Below, one piece after another: positions 25,165-34,676 of a stretch of DNA of 52,575 nucleotides. The stretch is from Microbacteriaceae bacterium (GTDB lineage Bacteria > Actinomycetota > Actinomycetes > Actinomycetales > Microbacteriaceae), in assembly GCA_023254555.1 (NCBI GenBank), contig JALRLI010000001.1, positions 1-52,575 of the forward strand, in the 5' to 3' direction. The notes beneath the pieces were generated by a model. The model was not told the DNA's origin. It made no database searches and was given only the letters and a program-made list of their open reading frames with translations. Each line of letters begins with the position of its first letter. The first letter of the stretch is position 1. A program made the translations under genes and the position numbers.

Positions 25165-26337
25165 ATGCAGTCGGCGTGGTTCGGAGTCTTGTGTGGCTTC
25201 ATCGGGTTATTCGTTGGCTTCACGTTCGGGCTTGTGTGGCTGAAATCGAGAAATCGGCTACTTGCGTCAGCTGACCTGTTGCAGCCCGAAGTGCCACCAG
25301 CTGCGACTCAACTCCTGGAACAGCTCGATTTTTTCGCGGTTGTGCTCGATAAATCATTCTCGGTAGTTTTTGCGAACGAAGCAGCAATTAGTCATGAGAC
25401 GATCCCGGCCGAATTTGTTTCGGGTGAACAGTTCATCGACCAAGCCAAATCAGTAATGCGCTCAGGCGTTGAAATCACTCAGCAGCCAGATGATTCAGAA
25501 TCCGACGGGATTTGGATGCACATGTTCAAACTCAGCGGCGACTTCATCATCGTGCTCGCCGATGATAGGGGTGAAGAGCAGCGGCTGAATGCCATGCGAC
25601 GAGACTTCATTGCAAACATGAGCCACGAACTCAAAACGCCTGTTGCTTCTATTGGTCTACTCGCCGAAGCAATCATAGAAGCAGCGGACGATTCTGAACG
25701 GGTTTCTGGATTCGCTGCAACGATGCAGAAACAGAGTAAACGATTGGCTGACCTCACAAATGACATCATCTTGCTCTCCGAGGCTCAATCTGAGCCAAGC
25801 CTCGAGGAGCTTGAGGAAGTGGATATCGCAGAACTCGTGACTCTAGAAGTTGCGGCACACAGCGATTACGCCCAGCAACGCGGGGTGCGCATGGTATTCG
25901 AATTGAAATCGGATGAGCCATTCACAACCATCGGTCGCCCCAGTGGTGTTCGCACCGCAATCGCAAATCTGCTTTCGAACGCGATTAAACACTCGCCTAG
26001 TGAGTCGAGAGTGGGTGTGTTGGTGGAACGGAAGGTTGACTCTGTCATTCTTCAGGTGACGGATCACGGCAGTGGTATCGAACCTGAAGACACGGAGCGA
26101 ATCTTTGAGCGGTTTTATCGAGTTGACAATGCACGCACTCGTGAAGAGGGCGGTACCGGTCTGGGCCTCAGTATCGTGAGACACACCATGCTCGCAGTGG
26201 GTGGGTCTGTAGCTGTCTGGTCAAAACCAGGTGTCGGGTCAACATTCACGCTCACATTCCCAGCGCTTGGGAGCGGTAATACCGCGGATAAAATCCTCGA
26301 ACGTAAACACAAGAAGAGAAAGAAAACGCTCAAGTGA
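25165..26337 (+). CDS. senX3: Sensor histidine kinase, SenX3-like
   Basis: N-terminal TM helix, H-box FIANMSHELKTPV, N box LLSNAIKHS, G boxes DHGSGI / GGTGLGLSIV. Confidence 0.85.
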   Translation: MQSAWFGVLCGFIGLFVGFTFGLVWLKSRNRLLASADLLQPEVPPAATQLLEQLDFFAVVLDKSFSVVFANEAAISHETIPAEFVSGEQFIDQAKSVMRSGVEITQQPDDSESDGIWMHMFKLSGDFIIVLADDRGEEQRLNAMRRDFIANMSHELKTPVASIGLLAEAIIEAADDSERVSGFAATMQKQSKRLADLTNDIILLSEAQSEPSLEELEEVDIAELVTLEVAAHSDYAQQRGVRMVFELKSDEPFTTIGRPSGVRTAIANLLSNAIKHSPSESRVGVLVERKVDSVILQVTDHGSGIEPEDTERIFERFYRVDNARTREEGGTGLGLSIVRHTMLAVGGSVAVWSKPGVGSTFTLTFPALGSGNTADKILERKHKKRKKTLK

Positions 26338-27023
26338 CCGTAAAAATTCTGTTGGTTGAAGACGAGGAATCCATCTCTGAGCCACTCACGTACCTGCTAG
26401 AGAAAGAGGGATTTGAGGTCACGGTAGTGTCAGACGGAGCTGGCGCACCAGCAGAATTTGACCGGGTTCGTCCTGCTTTGGTTCTGCTCGACCTTATGCT
26501 CCCTGGAATGTCAGGCACTGAAATTTGTCGCGAGATTCGGCAGCATTCTCAGACTCCGATCATCATGCTCACCGCCAAAGACAGCGAGGTTGATATCGTG
26601 GTTGGCTTAGAGCTCGGCGCGGATGATTACGTCACGAAGCCGTATTCTTCGAGAGAGTTGCTCGCCAGAATAAGGGCGCTTCTTCGCCGGTCTGAGCTTC
26701 AGCCCATCGTTGACGAGGATGATTCGGTTGTTTCCATAGGTGACTTGCGACTTGACAGCGCAAAGCACAATTTGTTGGTACGCGGAGAATCCGTTGCAAT
26801 TCCTCTTCGTGAATTTGAACTGCTCGAATACCTGATGCGCAATGCGGGTCGGGTGCTCACCCGAGGTCAACTCATCGATAGGGTTTGGGGGAGCGACTAC
26901 TTTGGCGACACGAAAACACTGGATGTACACATCAAGCGCATCCGCTCGAGAATCGAGCCTGACCCGGCGAATCCGACTCTTTTGAGCACGGTTCGCGGAG
27001 TAGGTTACCGTTTCGAGAGTTAG
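26334..27023 (+). CDS. regX3: OmpR-family response regulator, RegX3-like
   Basis: ILLVEDEESI, LLDLMLPGMSG, winged-helix C-terminus. 4-nt overlap with the kinase gene. Confidence 0.9.
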   Translation: MTVKILLVEDEESISEPLTYLLEKEGFEVTVVSDGAGAPAEFDRVRPALVLLDLMLPGMSGTEICREIRQHSQTPIIMLTAKDSEVDIVVGLELGADDYVTKPYSSRELLARIRALLRRSELQPIVDEDDSVVSIGDLRLDSAKHNLLVRGESVAIPLREFELLEYLMRNAGRVLTRGQLIDRVWGSDYFGDTKTLDVHIKRIRSRIEPDPANPTLLSTVRGVGYRFES

Positions 27024-27496
27024 TCGACGACCAGCGGGGCGTACTCTGCGAGCGTTCCGTCAAGAACGGGCACGTATTGCTCAACTTCGTCTGAGCTACC
27101 CGATTGGAAGAACACCTGAATCGTCTGACCAGCCTTTGCGCCGAGATCAGCGAAGACGAGCGTTTCCTGACCTTTTTCAGGATTGCCGTACTGAGTGGAG
27201 CCTGGCTCTACAATGATTGATTTTTCGGTTCGTTTGCCATCGATTACAGCTGTGATGTTCAGCTTCGAAGCCTTGTTCGTGGTGTTGATGGTGCTCATCG
27301 TGAGGTTGAAGGCTGTTGCGTCCTCGTTCACAATGAAAAGCGCGTTGCGAACTCGCACGTCACCCGCATTCAAGTTCACGCCGTCACTCGGAGCGTACTC
27401 ATACTTGGTCTCAACTGGTACGAAGAATCCGCATCCCGTGGTTCCGAGGGCAACTGCACCCGCTAGTACAACTGAAGTGATGAGACGAGCCTTCAC
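27020..27496 (-). CDS. Hypothetical lipoprotein
   Basis: GTG start at 27496 with GGAGG SD, giving VKARLITSVVLAGAVALGTTGC (lipobox). The track ORF start at 27577 lacks an SD. Confidence 0.6.
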   Translation of the reverse strand: MKARLITSVVLAGAVALGTTGCGFFVPVETKYEYAPSDGVNLNAGDVRVRNALFIVNEDATAFNLTMSTINTTNKASKLNITAVIDGKRTEKSIIVEPGSTQYGNPEKGQETLVFADLGAKAGQTIQVFFQSGSSDEVEQYVPVLDGTLAEYAPLVVD

Positions 27497-27712
27497 AAGT
27501 CCTCCGAAAATCGTGAATAAGTGGTAAATCTGTTCAGCCAGGTTCAGTTTCAAGTATACCCGCCCCTCAGTATCCATTTGGCAGCACGGTTGCGGCGTTG
27601 CAGGTGAAGCCTCACAGCAGGGATTTCATGTACTTCGAAACCTGATGCTCAGGAGCTCTGTCAGAGGGGCTGTGGTATTCTAGTACTCAATTCAAGAATG
27701 GAGTACAAATTA

Positions 27713-28195
27713 ATGCAGTTTGTAGTCGGCGAAACAGTTGTGTACCCGCATCACGGTGCAGCAAAGATCATCGAAGTCAAGGCTCGTAAAATTGCCGGCG
27801 AAGAAAAACTCTTCTTGAAGCTCCAGGTGAATCAGGGCGACCTCACCATTGAGGTGCCTGCAGATAACGTTGAAATGGTTGGCGTTCGAGACGTTATTGA
27901 TGCCGAAGGTCGCGACCAGGTGTTTGAGGTGCTACGAGCACCATTCGTTGAAGAGCCAACGAACTGGTCAAGACGATACAAGGCGAATCTCGAGAAGCTC
28001 GCTTCCGGTGACGTTATCAAGGTTTCCGAAGTTGTTCGAGATCTCTGGCGACGCGATCAAGATCGTGGTCTCTCAGCGGGCGAGAAGAGAATGCTTGCCA
28101 AGGCACGCCAAATCCTCATCTCAGAGCTTGCTCTCGCCGAAAAAACTGACGAAGAGCAGGCTTCGAAGGTTCTCGACGAGGTTCTCGCTTCCTAG
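27713..28195 (+). CDS. carD: CarD-family RNA-polymerase-binding transcription regulator
   Basis: [19 protein letters not shown]...[17 protein letters not shown]...[29 protein letters not shown] is near-colinear with mycobacterial CarD. GGAG lies 10 nt upstream of the ATG at 27713 (track start 27698). Confidence 0.9.
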   Translation: MQFVVGETVVYPHHGAAKIIEVKARKIAGEEKLFLKLQVNQGDLTIEVPADNVEMVGVRDVIDAEGRDQVFEVLRAPFVEEPTNWSRRYKANLEKLASGDVIKVSEVVRDLWRRDQDRGLSAGEKRMLAKARQILISELALAEKTDEEQASKVLDEVLAS

Positions 28196-28213
28196 TCAAA
28201 GCACGCGTTTACT

Positions 28214-28978
28214 GTGTCTCACCTTAGCGATGTGCATACCCCCCATCGTCTGGGCATAATTCTCGTCGGCGCAGGTAGCGGCGAACGCCTCGGCGCTGGT
28301 ATTCCCAAGGCGTTGGTGCAACTCGCCGGTAAGACGTTGCTCGAACGGTGTATCGAAACTTCTCTCTCCGCTGCTGATACCGGTCACCTTGTTGTGGTTG
28401 CCCCAGCGGCACACGCCGCAGAGGCGCTTCAGGCAGTTGAAAAGGTCACCGAGCGTTCAGCGCTCACCTGGACGACCAGCGTCGTAGACGGAGGTGCTGA
28501 GCGGCATATTTCGGTTGAGAACGGCCTGGCAGTGATGCCGGAGTGGGTCGACGTCGTCTTAGTTCATGACGTCGCTCGACCTCTGACTCCTGTCTCGGTT
28601 TTTCACGATGTCGCCACCGCGGTGAGAGAGCGTAAAGCCGGAGTTGTTCCCGTACTTCCGCTTACAGACACCATCAAGCGAGTCGACAACCGAGGCTCAG
28701 TGCTCGAAACCGTGAACCGCGACGAACTTGTCGCTGCACAGACACCTCAGGGTTTCCTGCGGGAAGATTTGGCTGCCGCCTACGAACACGTAGCTGAGGC
28801 TATGACAGATGATGCATCGGTTGCCAAGGCTGCTGGTCAAGAAGTGACCACGGTCGGGGGCTCTGCTCTCGCCCACAAAATCACGACGGCCGCCGATCTG
28901 CGTCTTCTTGAATGGATGCTCGACACTCACGTCAGCGCTGAATCAACTCATACTCGCTCGAAAGCGGCGGAGTCGTGA
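28214..28978 (+). CDS. ispD: 2-C-methyl-D-erythritol 4-phosphate cytidylyltransferase
   Basis: ILVGAGSGERLG, VLVHDVARP, QTPQGF. Confidence 0.9.
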   Translation: MSHLSDVHTPHRLGIILVGAGSGERLGAGIPKALVQLAGKTLLERCIETSLSAADTGHLVVVAPAAHAAEALQAVEKVTERSALTWTTSVVDGGAERHISVENGLAVMPEWVDVVLVHDVARPLTPVSVFHDVATAVRERKAGVVPVLPLTDTIKRVDNRGSVLETVNRDELVAAQTPQGFLREDLAAAYEHVAEAMTDDASVAKAAGQEVTTVGGSALAHKITTAADLRLLEWMLDTHVSAESTHTRSKAAES

Positions 28979-29448
28979 TGATGAGGGTCGGTACCGGCTT
29001 TGATGCCCACCGCTTCGATGAGTCTCGTGAGCTGGTATTGGCCGGGCTGCACTGGCCGAACGAACCGGGCCTAGACGGTCATAGCGATGGAGACGCAGTC
29101 TTGCATGCAATCGTCGATGCCTTGCTGTCAGCGGCGGGCCTCGGAGATATTGGCTCGAACTTTGGTACCGACGATGAGAAATTCCTTGGCGCGAGTAGTA
29201 CGGTCTTCCTTTCAGAAACCCTCAAGCTCTTAGCCACTCAGAAGTTCGCGGTGTCGAATGTTGCGGTGAACCTCATCGGTGAACGACCGAGATTCAGTTC
29301 AAGGCGAGATGAGGCTGAGCAGCATCTCAGCAATCTGGTGGGCGCTCCCGTTTCAGTGAGTGCCACAACCACAGATGGTATGGGTTTCACCGGCAGGGGA
29401 GAGGGCATCGCTGTGTATGCCACGGCACTGATCACCGCTGCAGCGTGA
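28975..29448 (+). CDS. ispF: 2-C-methyl-D-erythritol 2,4-cyclodiphosphate synthase
   Basis: RVGTGFDAHRF, GHSDGDAVLHAIVDALL. Confidence 0.93.
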   Translation: MMMRVGTGFDAHRFDESRELVLAGLHWPNEPGLDGHSDGDAVLHAIVDALLSAAGLGDIGSNFGTDDEKFLGASSTVFLSETLKLLATQKFAVSNVAVNLIGERPRFSSRRDEAEQHLSNLVGAPVSVSATTTDGMGFTGRGEGIAVYATALITAAA

Positions 29449-29502
29449 AACAGGTCGGCAACATTATCCGAGTCCAGACTCTCGGCATCGTAGGCTAGCA
29501 GA

Positions 29503-30927
29503 GTGAAACAACGCATTTACGACTCGAAGCGAGCCGAAGTTGTCGACTTCGTGCCAATCAGCGCAGGTCAGGTTGGTATGTACGTGTGTGGGCCCACGGT
29601 TCAGTCAGCCCCACACGTTGGTCATCTGCGGAGTGCACTCGTTTATGATCAGATTCGCCGCTGGTTTACCAGATCAGGTAGTGATGTGACACTCATTCGA
29701 AACGTCACAGACATTGACGACAAAATTCTCGACAACGCGGCCACCGCTCAGGAAGAGGGGTCATCAGAACAGTGGTGGGCGCTCGCTTACCGGGTGGAGC
29801 GTGAGTTCACGGCAGCGTATGACGCTTTGAACATCCTGCCCCCTACGTATGAACCAAGAGCGACAGCGAATATTGCCTCGATGATTCGGATCATTGAAAC
29901 GTTGATTGAACGCGGTCACGCCTATCAGGCGTTGGATGGTAGCGCCAGTGTGTATTTTGATACGAAGAGCTGGCCCACTTATGGAGAGCTCACGAAGCAA
30001 AGCCTTGACAACATGGAAGACGCAGGCGACAGCGAGCCTGTCGGCAAGCGTGATGCCCGTGATTTTGCGCTGTGGAAAGCGCATCGAGAATCTGAACCCG
30101 TAACAGCCTCATGGCAATCACCTTGGGGGAGGGGCAGGCCTGGCTGGCATATCGAGTGCTCAGCTATGTCGACGAACTATCTTGGCGAAAATTTTGACAT
30201 CCACGGTGGCGGTCTCGACTTACGCTTCCCCCACCATGAAAACGAATTAGCGCAGTCAGCTGCGGCGGGGCATGCCTTCGCCAACTACTGGATTCACAAC
30301 GGCTTGGTAAACGTGAGCGGCCAAAAGATGTCAAAATCACTTGGAAACTCTCTGTTCGCGCACGACCTGCTCAGCTCAGCGAGACCGATAGTGCTTCGCT
30401 ATTTTCTCGGCTCTGCGCATTACAGGTCAGTGCTTGAGTTTCACGAAACCGCTTTAGAGGAAGCTGCTTCTGCATTCGGCCGCATCGAATCATTTCTTGA
30501 CCGAGCGATTCGTGCTCTTGAGGTAGACGCCGAGACGCTGGACTCGCTGCCAGAGAATTTCATCTCAGCAATGCAAGAAGACTTCGCGATTCCCCAGGCT
30601 TTAGCAGTTCTGCACGACACCGTTCGATTGGGAAACGCCGCGCTTGATGGGAGTGATGACGCTCGTGCGGTCGAGGCACTGGCGAATGTTCTCGGCATGC
30701 TCAACGTTTTGGGTATAAACCCGCTCGCGGCTGAGTGGGCAAGTGCTGAAGCGGGTGGCGCCCAGTCTGCTCTCGATAAACTCGTGAGCGAGTTGATTGC
30801 CGATCGCAGCAGAGCTCGAGCCAACAAAGATTTCGAAACCGGTGACGCTATTCGTGATCGACTGGCTGCCGCAGGAATCACCATCGAAGATGGTGCAGAA
30901 GGAACTCATTGGAGTACGAATGGTTAG
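29503..30927 (+). CDS. cysS: Cysteine--tRNA ligase
   Basis: HIGH-type motif [14 protein letters not shown], and KMSKS (QKMSKSLGN). Confidence 0.95.
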   Translation: MKQRIYDSKRAEVVDFVPISAGQVGMYVCGPTVQSAPHVGHLRSALVYDQIRRWFTRSGSDVTLIRNVTDIDDKILDNAATAQEEGSSEQWWALAYRVEREFTAAYDALNILPPTYEPRATANIASMIRIIETLIERGHAYQALDGSASVYFDTKSWPTYGELTKQSLDNMEDAGDSEPVGKRDARDFALWKAHRESEPVTASWQSPWGRGRPGWHIECSAMSTNYLGENFDIHGGGLDLRFPHHENELAQSAAAGHAFANYWIHNGLVNVSGQKMSKSLGNSLFAHDLLSSARPIVLRYFLGSAHYRSVLEFHETALEEAASAFGRIESFLDRAIRALEVDAETLDSLPENFISAMQEDFAIPQALAVLHDTVRLGNAALDGSDDARAVEALANVLGMLNVLGINPLAAEWASAEAGGAQSALDKLVSELIADRSRARANKDFETGDAIRDRLAAAGITIEDGAEGTHWSTNG

Positions 30928-31921
30928 CAAGAAGCCACGCGCTGGGGCTGTGCGCAAGAAGAGTCGCGGCGCTGCTGTCGGTTCGGGAGGTCAGGGTCGT
31001 CAGGCTTTAGAAGGGCGTGGACCCACACCCAAAGCCGAAGACCGAACCTACCACCCGAAAGGCAAGGCGAAGCTTGCACGTGAGCGCTTTCTCGCTGCCG
31101 GTGGAAAAGACGCCCGCAAAGCTGGAGCTTCGGGTAAACCAGCTGCTCGTGCGCCGAAGAAGACTGACGATACCGAGCTTGTCACTGGCCGAAATTCGGT
31201 ACTCGAGGCACTCAAAACGAAAGTGCCGGCAGACACACTCTACATCGCATCCAAAATCGAAATGGATGACCGTGTCAGAGAGATACTCGGCATAGCAACA
31301 CGGCGGGGATTACCAATACTTGAGGTTATGCGGGCAGAGCTCGACCGCATGACGAGTCGTGACACGGTGCATCAGGGTGTGGTCTTGAAGGTTCCGCCCT
31401 ATGAGTACGCACATCCGATGGAATTATTGGAAGCATCCTACGAGAAGGATGGACTCCCGCTCTTCGTGGCGCTGGATGGCATCACGGATCCACGCAACCT
31501 TGGCGCCATCATCCGCTCTGCGGCCGCGTTTGGCAGCGACGGCATTATCTTGCCTCAGCGCAGGTCAGTTGGGGTGACCGCATCTGCGTGGAAGACTTCC
31601 GCCGGAGCCGCAGCGCGACTCAAGGTCGCTATGGCCACGAACCTCACCCAAACAATTAAGGCGTTCAAAGAGCAGGGTGTTTTTGTGATTGGTCTAGACG
31701 GCGGTGGCTCCGTCGAGTTACCAGGTCTAGCACTCGCCGATCGCCCACTCCTAGTTGTTGTGGGTTCAGAGGGCAAGGGGCTCTCGCGGCTCGTAACCGA
31801 GCAGTGTGATGCCGTGGTATCCATCCCAATTTCTGCGGCAACAGAGTCACTCAACGCAGGAATCGCTGCCAGCGTCACGCTCTACGAAATTTCCAAGCTT
31901 CGGGCATCAAAGCACGGATAG
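30920..31921 (+). CDS. rlmB: 23S rRNA (guanosine-2'-O)-methyltransferase, SpoU/TrmH family, RlmB-like
   Basis: Basic N-terminal tail, then SpoU substrate-binding and methylase domains (DGITDPRNLGAIIRSA, VVGSEGKGLS, SLNAGIAASV). ATG at 30920 with GGAG SD. The track start at 30797 lies inside cysS. Confidence 0.85.
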   Translation: MVSKKPRAGAVRKKSRGAAVGSGGQGRQALEGRGPTPKAEDRTYHPKGKAKLARERFLAAGGKDARKAGASGKPAARAPKKTDDTELVTGRNSVLEALKTKVPADTLYIASKIEMDDRVREILGIATRRGLPILEVMRAELDRMTSRDTVHQGVVLKVPPYEYAHPMELLEASYEKDGLPLFVALDGITDPRNLGAIIRSAAAFGSDGIILPQRRSVGVTASAWKTSAGAAARLKVAMATNLTQTIKAFKEQGVFVIGLDGGGSVELPGLALADRPLLVVVGSEGKGLSRLVTEQCDAVVSIPISAATESLNAGIAASVTLYEISKLRASKHG

Positions 31922-32311
31922 CTCTGTAGACCGCCATCTGTTGTCTAGGCTTTCTAGACGGACCGCAACAGCCTTACTCTTCACCTTCGAATGAACCACC
32001 ACCACGGCCTCGATCACGCCGTCCTCAGGTGAGGTAATCACAGTAGAGCCAACGGTATGCGCGATGTACCTAGAATCCTGGGCGATAGCTTTTCTCTGCA
32101 CCGTGAGTGTGCGACGAACAGAAAGCTCTGCTGCGACGCTGCAGGTTATCCAGGCAGCTATTTGGTCGAGCGGCCGGTATCCCTCCAAGATTTCCACAGC
32201 GCTCAATGCGAGATTGCGGACGAGCTGATCGGGATTCGGCATCCCAATAGAACCCGTTCGCTGAGCGGCGAAGATTTCATCGTTCGATTTTTTTCGTTGT
32301 TGAATGGGCAT
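31907..32311 (-). CDS. Conserved actinobacterial hypothetical protein (Rv3235-like)
   Basis: 134 aa. LALSAVEILEGYRPLDQIAAWI... resembles the Rv3235 family from memory. Its 3' end overlaps the rlmB 3' end by 15 nt. Confidence 0.5.
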   Translation of the reverse strand: MPIQQRKKSNDEIFAAQRTGSIGMPNPDQLVRNLALSAVEILEGYRPLDQIAAWITCSVAAELSVRRTLTVQRKAIAQDSRYIAHTVGSTVITSPEDGVIEAVVVVHSKVKSKAVAVRLESLDNRWRSTELSVL

Positions 32312-32562
32312 AGAGACTCCTCAAGTTAGTCCCTTACCCGCTCATCGTGAACGATGTTTGCGAATCTCAATCTACGGAGCCACGAGCTGTCTCGCCACTG
32401 GTTTATGGACCTAGTGCGTTGAAACCTCAAGCATGTGTGCTCATCGCAGCACTGGGCATAGAACATTTTTTAGGTCTGAGGAATCAGAATGTGCACATGC
32501 AAGCCTCAACACAATGGACGAGACCCCGTCGGGTGAATAGCCGCGCGACGGGCGGCCGAACA

Positions 32563-32922
32563 ATGACGGTGTTGTTGCTCTGCACTCAGGCTACGCAGTC
32601 GGTCGCGTTACGAAGACTGGCGAGGGCTCAGATTCGGGTGGGTACAGTCGTCTTTGATGCTGCGAGTTGTCGAGAGCGGATGCAGACCGAAAACTACGAT
32701 GCAGTTATCGCGCTCGCAGAGCCAGATTTGTTACCCACCGATTTACTTTTCGAGATAGACCTCAGCTCATCTGCTGTTCTTGCCCTCGTGGCTAACCGGC
32801 GCCATCGACTCTGGGCTCAGATGATCGAGCTCGAAGACACGCTCTGGGTTTTCGCACCCGCCGAGGCCTATAAAACTGTAGTTCGAGAGCGGGTTCGGTT
32901 AGCGCATAAGCTTGACGTATGA
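32563..32922 (+). CDS. Hypothetical protein translationally coupled to pdtaS (alternating beta/alpha, receiver-like pattern)
   Basis: The 191-aa track ORF is probably shorter (MTVLLLCTQ... from the ATG at 32563; an alternative start is 32497). ATGA overlap with pdtaS. Confidence 0.4.
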   Translation: MTVLLLCTQATQSVALRRLARAQIRVGTVVFDAASCRERMQTENYDAVIALAEPDLLPTDLLFEIDLSSSAVLALVANRRHRLWAQMIELEDTLWVFAPAEAYKTVVRERVRLAHKLDV

Positions 32923-34415
32923 GTACGCTGCAGCAGTTAATCGACGAGAACTGTGAGATTCCAGAGAGTGACGTCGACTGGTTGCGACAACTGATTGAAG
33001 ACTGGCAGCTGCTCGCTGATCTTGCCTTCAGCGATATCGTGCTCTGGGTTCCCACCAGAGACAATAAGGCCTTCGTAGCGGTTGCCCACGCACGACCTGT
33101 GAGTTCGCCCACGATGTTCTATCGAGACATTGTCGGTGATTTTGTGCGCGAGGATTGGGCTGAGCTAGCCGCCGAGGCAATCGCGACTCGTGGCATGGTT
33201 CAGCTGACCGAGGCAGCGTGGTTTGACGAAATGCCAATGGAGCTCAGAGCGCTTCCTGTTTCAAGGCGAGACCCTCAAACTGACGAGCTACTGCCACCCT
33301 TCGCGGTGATTACCCTCCACGCAAACCTGATTGACAGTCGCACCGCATCTCGATTAGAGGGGGCCTACAAGCACAGTGCTTACGAACTCTTCGAAATGAT
33401 TGAGCGTGGCCGTTTCCCTGACCCGACCTCAAATGCGGGAGCGAAGCGTGGGGCCCCGCGAGCGTCTGATGGTTTGATTCGAATGGATGCCGCGGGCATG
33501 ATTACCTTCGCGAGCCCAAACACACTCTCCATGTTCGCTCGAATCGGTTTTCGCGACGAAATGGAAGGTGAGCTCCTCAGTGAGGTCATCAATGAAGTCC
33601 TCGCAGGGCACCGAGACACCAACGAGTCACTCCCACTCATCACCGCAGGTAAGCAGGGAAGAAGGGCTGACATTGAGGCGAGGGGTCGGGTCATTGCTCT
33701 GCGGTCAATTCCGGTATATGCCAATGATGGCGAACGAACTGGCGCGCTCGTTCTGACGAGAGATTTGACTGATTTGCGTAATCAAGAGCAAGAGTTGATT
33801 ACGAAAGACGCGACAATTCGCGAGATTCACCACCGAGTGAAAAACAACCTGCAGACCGTAGCATCCCTGCTGCGCATCCAAGCCCGCAGAGCGAAGAGCG
33901 AAGAAGCGCGTGAGTCACTCAGTCAGGCGATGCGCCGAGTTGCGGCAATCGCGGTTGTGCACGATACGCTTTCGACGGGCCTCTCTCAGATTGTTGATTT
34001 CGACAGCGTGTTTGATCGCGTTCTGCTTCTTGTCGCAGAAGTTGCGAGCATTCACAATACGACTGCGCACACGAAGAAAACAGGGGTGTTTGGTGAGCTG
34101 CCAAGCGAATACGCAACCCCGCTGGCCTTGGCACTGACCGAGTTGGTGACGAATGCAGTCGAACATGGTCTCGCGGGTCGCGAGGGTGATGTGGTGATTA
34201 GCGCTGTTCGCACCGATGATGAGCTCAATGTGAGTATCACTGACACGGGTGCTGGATTGCCCGAGGGTACCGTCGGTGACGGCCTCGGAACGCAGATTGT
34301 TCGAACCCTAATTCAAGGTGAACTCGGCGGAACCATCGAGTGGGGTGCCCGTGAGGGCGGTGGAACCGAGGTTAAGGTGCACGTACCACTCAGGTGGATG
34401 AGCGGCCTAGACTGA
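32919..34415 (+). CDS. pdtaS: GAF/PAS sensor histidine kinase, PdtaS-type
   Basis: 498 aa. H-box EIHHRVKNNLQTVASLLRIQ (HisKA_2 type), ATPase LTELVTNAVEHG, DTGAGLP. Synteny with whiB as at the mycobacterial whiB1/pdtaS locus. Confidence 0.85.
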   Translation: MSTLQQLIDENCEIPESDVDWLRQLIEDWQLLADLAFSDIVLWVPTRDNKAFVAVAHARPVSSPTMFYRDIVGDFVREDWAELAAEAIATRGMVQLTEAAWFDEMPMELRALPVSRRDPQTDELLPPFAVITLHANLIDSRTASRLEGAYKHSAYELFEMIERGRFPDPTSNAGAKRGAPRASDGLIRMDAAGMITFASPNTLSMFARIGFRDEMEGELLSEVINEVLAGHRDTNESLPLITAGKQGRRADIEARGRVIALRSIPVYANDGERTGALVLTRDLTDLRNQEQELITKDATIREIHHRVKNNLQTVASLLRIQARRAKSEEARESLSQAMRRVAAIAVVHDTLSTGLSQIVDFDSVFDRVLLLVAEVASIHNTTAHTKKTGVFGELPSEYATPLALALTELVTNAVEHGLAGREGDVVISAVRTDDELNVSITDTGAGLPEGTVGDGLGTQIVRTLIQGELGGTIEWGAREGGGTEVKVHVPLRWMSGLD

Positions 34416-34427
34416 GCAGCAGCGTGC

Positions 34428-34676
34428 TTAGGATGCGCGGCGTGCGCGTGCAGCGCGGCGCTTCAGAGCGCGGCGCTCGTCTTCGTTCAGTCCGCCCCAA
34501 ACACCCGAGTCTTGATTGGTGTCCATCGCGTACTGGAGGCACATCTCAGTGACGCTGCAGCGTGCGCACACAGCTTTTGCCTTCTCAATCTGATCTACAG
34601 CTGGGCCAGTGTTGCCAACTGGAAAGAACAGTTCTGGGTCTACGGTCAGACAAGCAGCGTTCTCGCGCCAATCCAT
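34428..34676 (-). CDS. whiB: WhiB-family Fe-S transcription factor (WhiB1-like)
   Basis: MDWRENAACLTVDPELFFPVGNTGPAVDQIEKAKAVCARCSVTEMCLQYAMDTNQDSGVWGGLNEDERRALKRR has the four Cys plus GVWGG turn. AGGAG SD. The 126-aa track ORF is an upstream over-extension. Confidence 0.9.
   Translation of the reverse strand: MDWRENAACLTVDPELFFPVGNTGPAVDQIEKAKAVCARCSVTEMCLQYAMDTNQDSGVWGGLNEDERRALKRRAARARRAS

Noticed and set aside
27545-27575. GTATACCCGCCCCTCAGTAT as a third CsoR-type site
   Set aside because: It shares only the TATACCC word. It has no inverted-repeat partner and no associated small ORF.
30797-30919. Upstream extensions of rlmB (30797). Comparable extensions occur at lysA (48779), whiB (34808), carD (27698) and the lipoprotein gene (27577).
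   Set aside because: The extensions overlap neighbouring genes or lack an SD. The internal starts have GGAG-type SDs and match the expected family N-termini.
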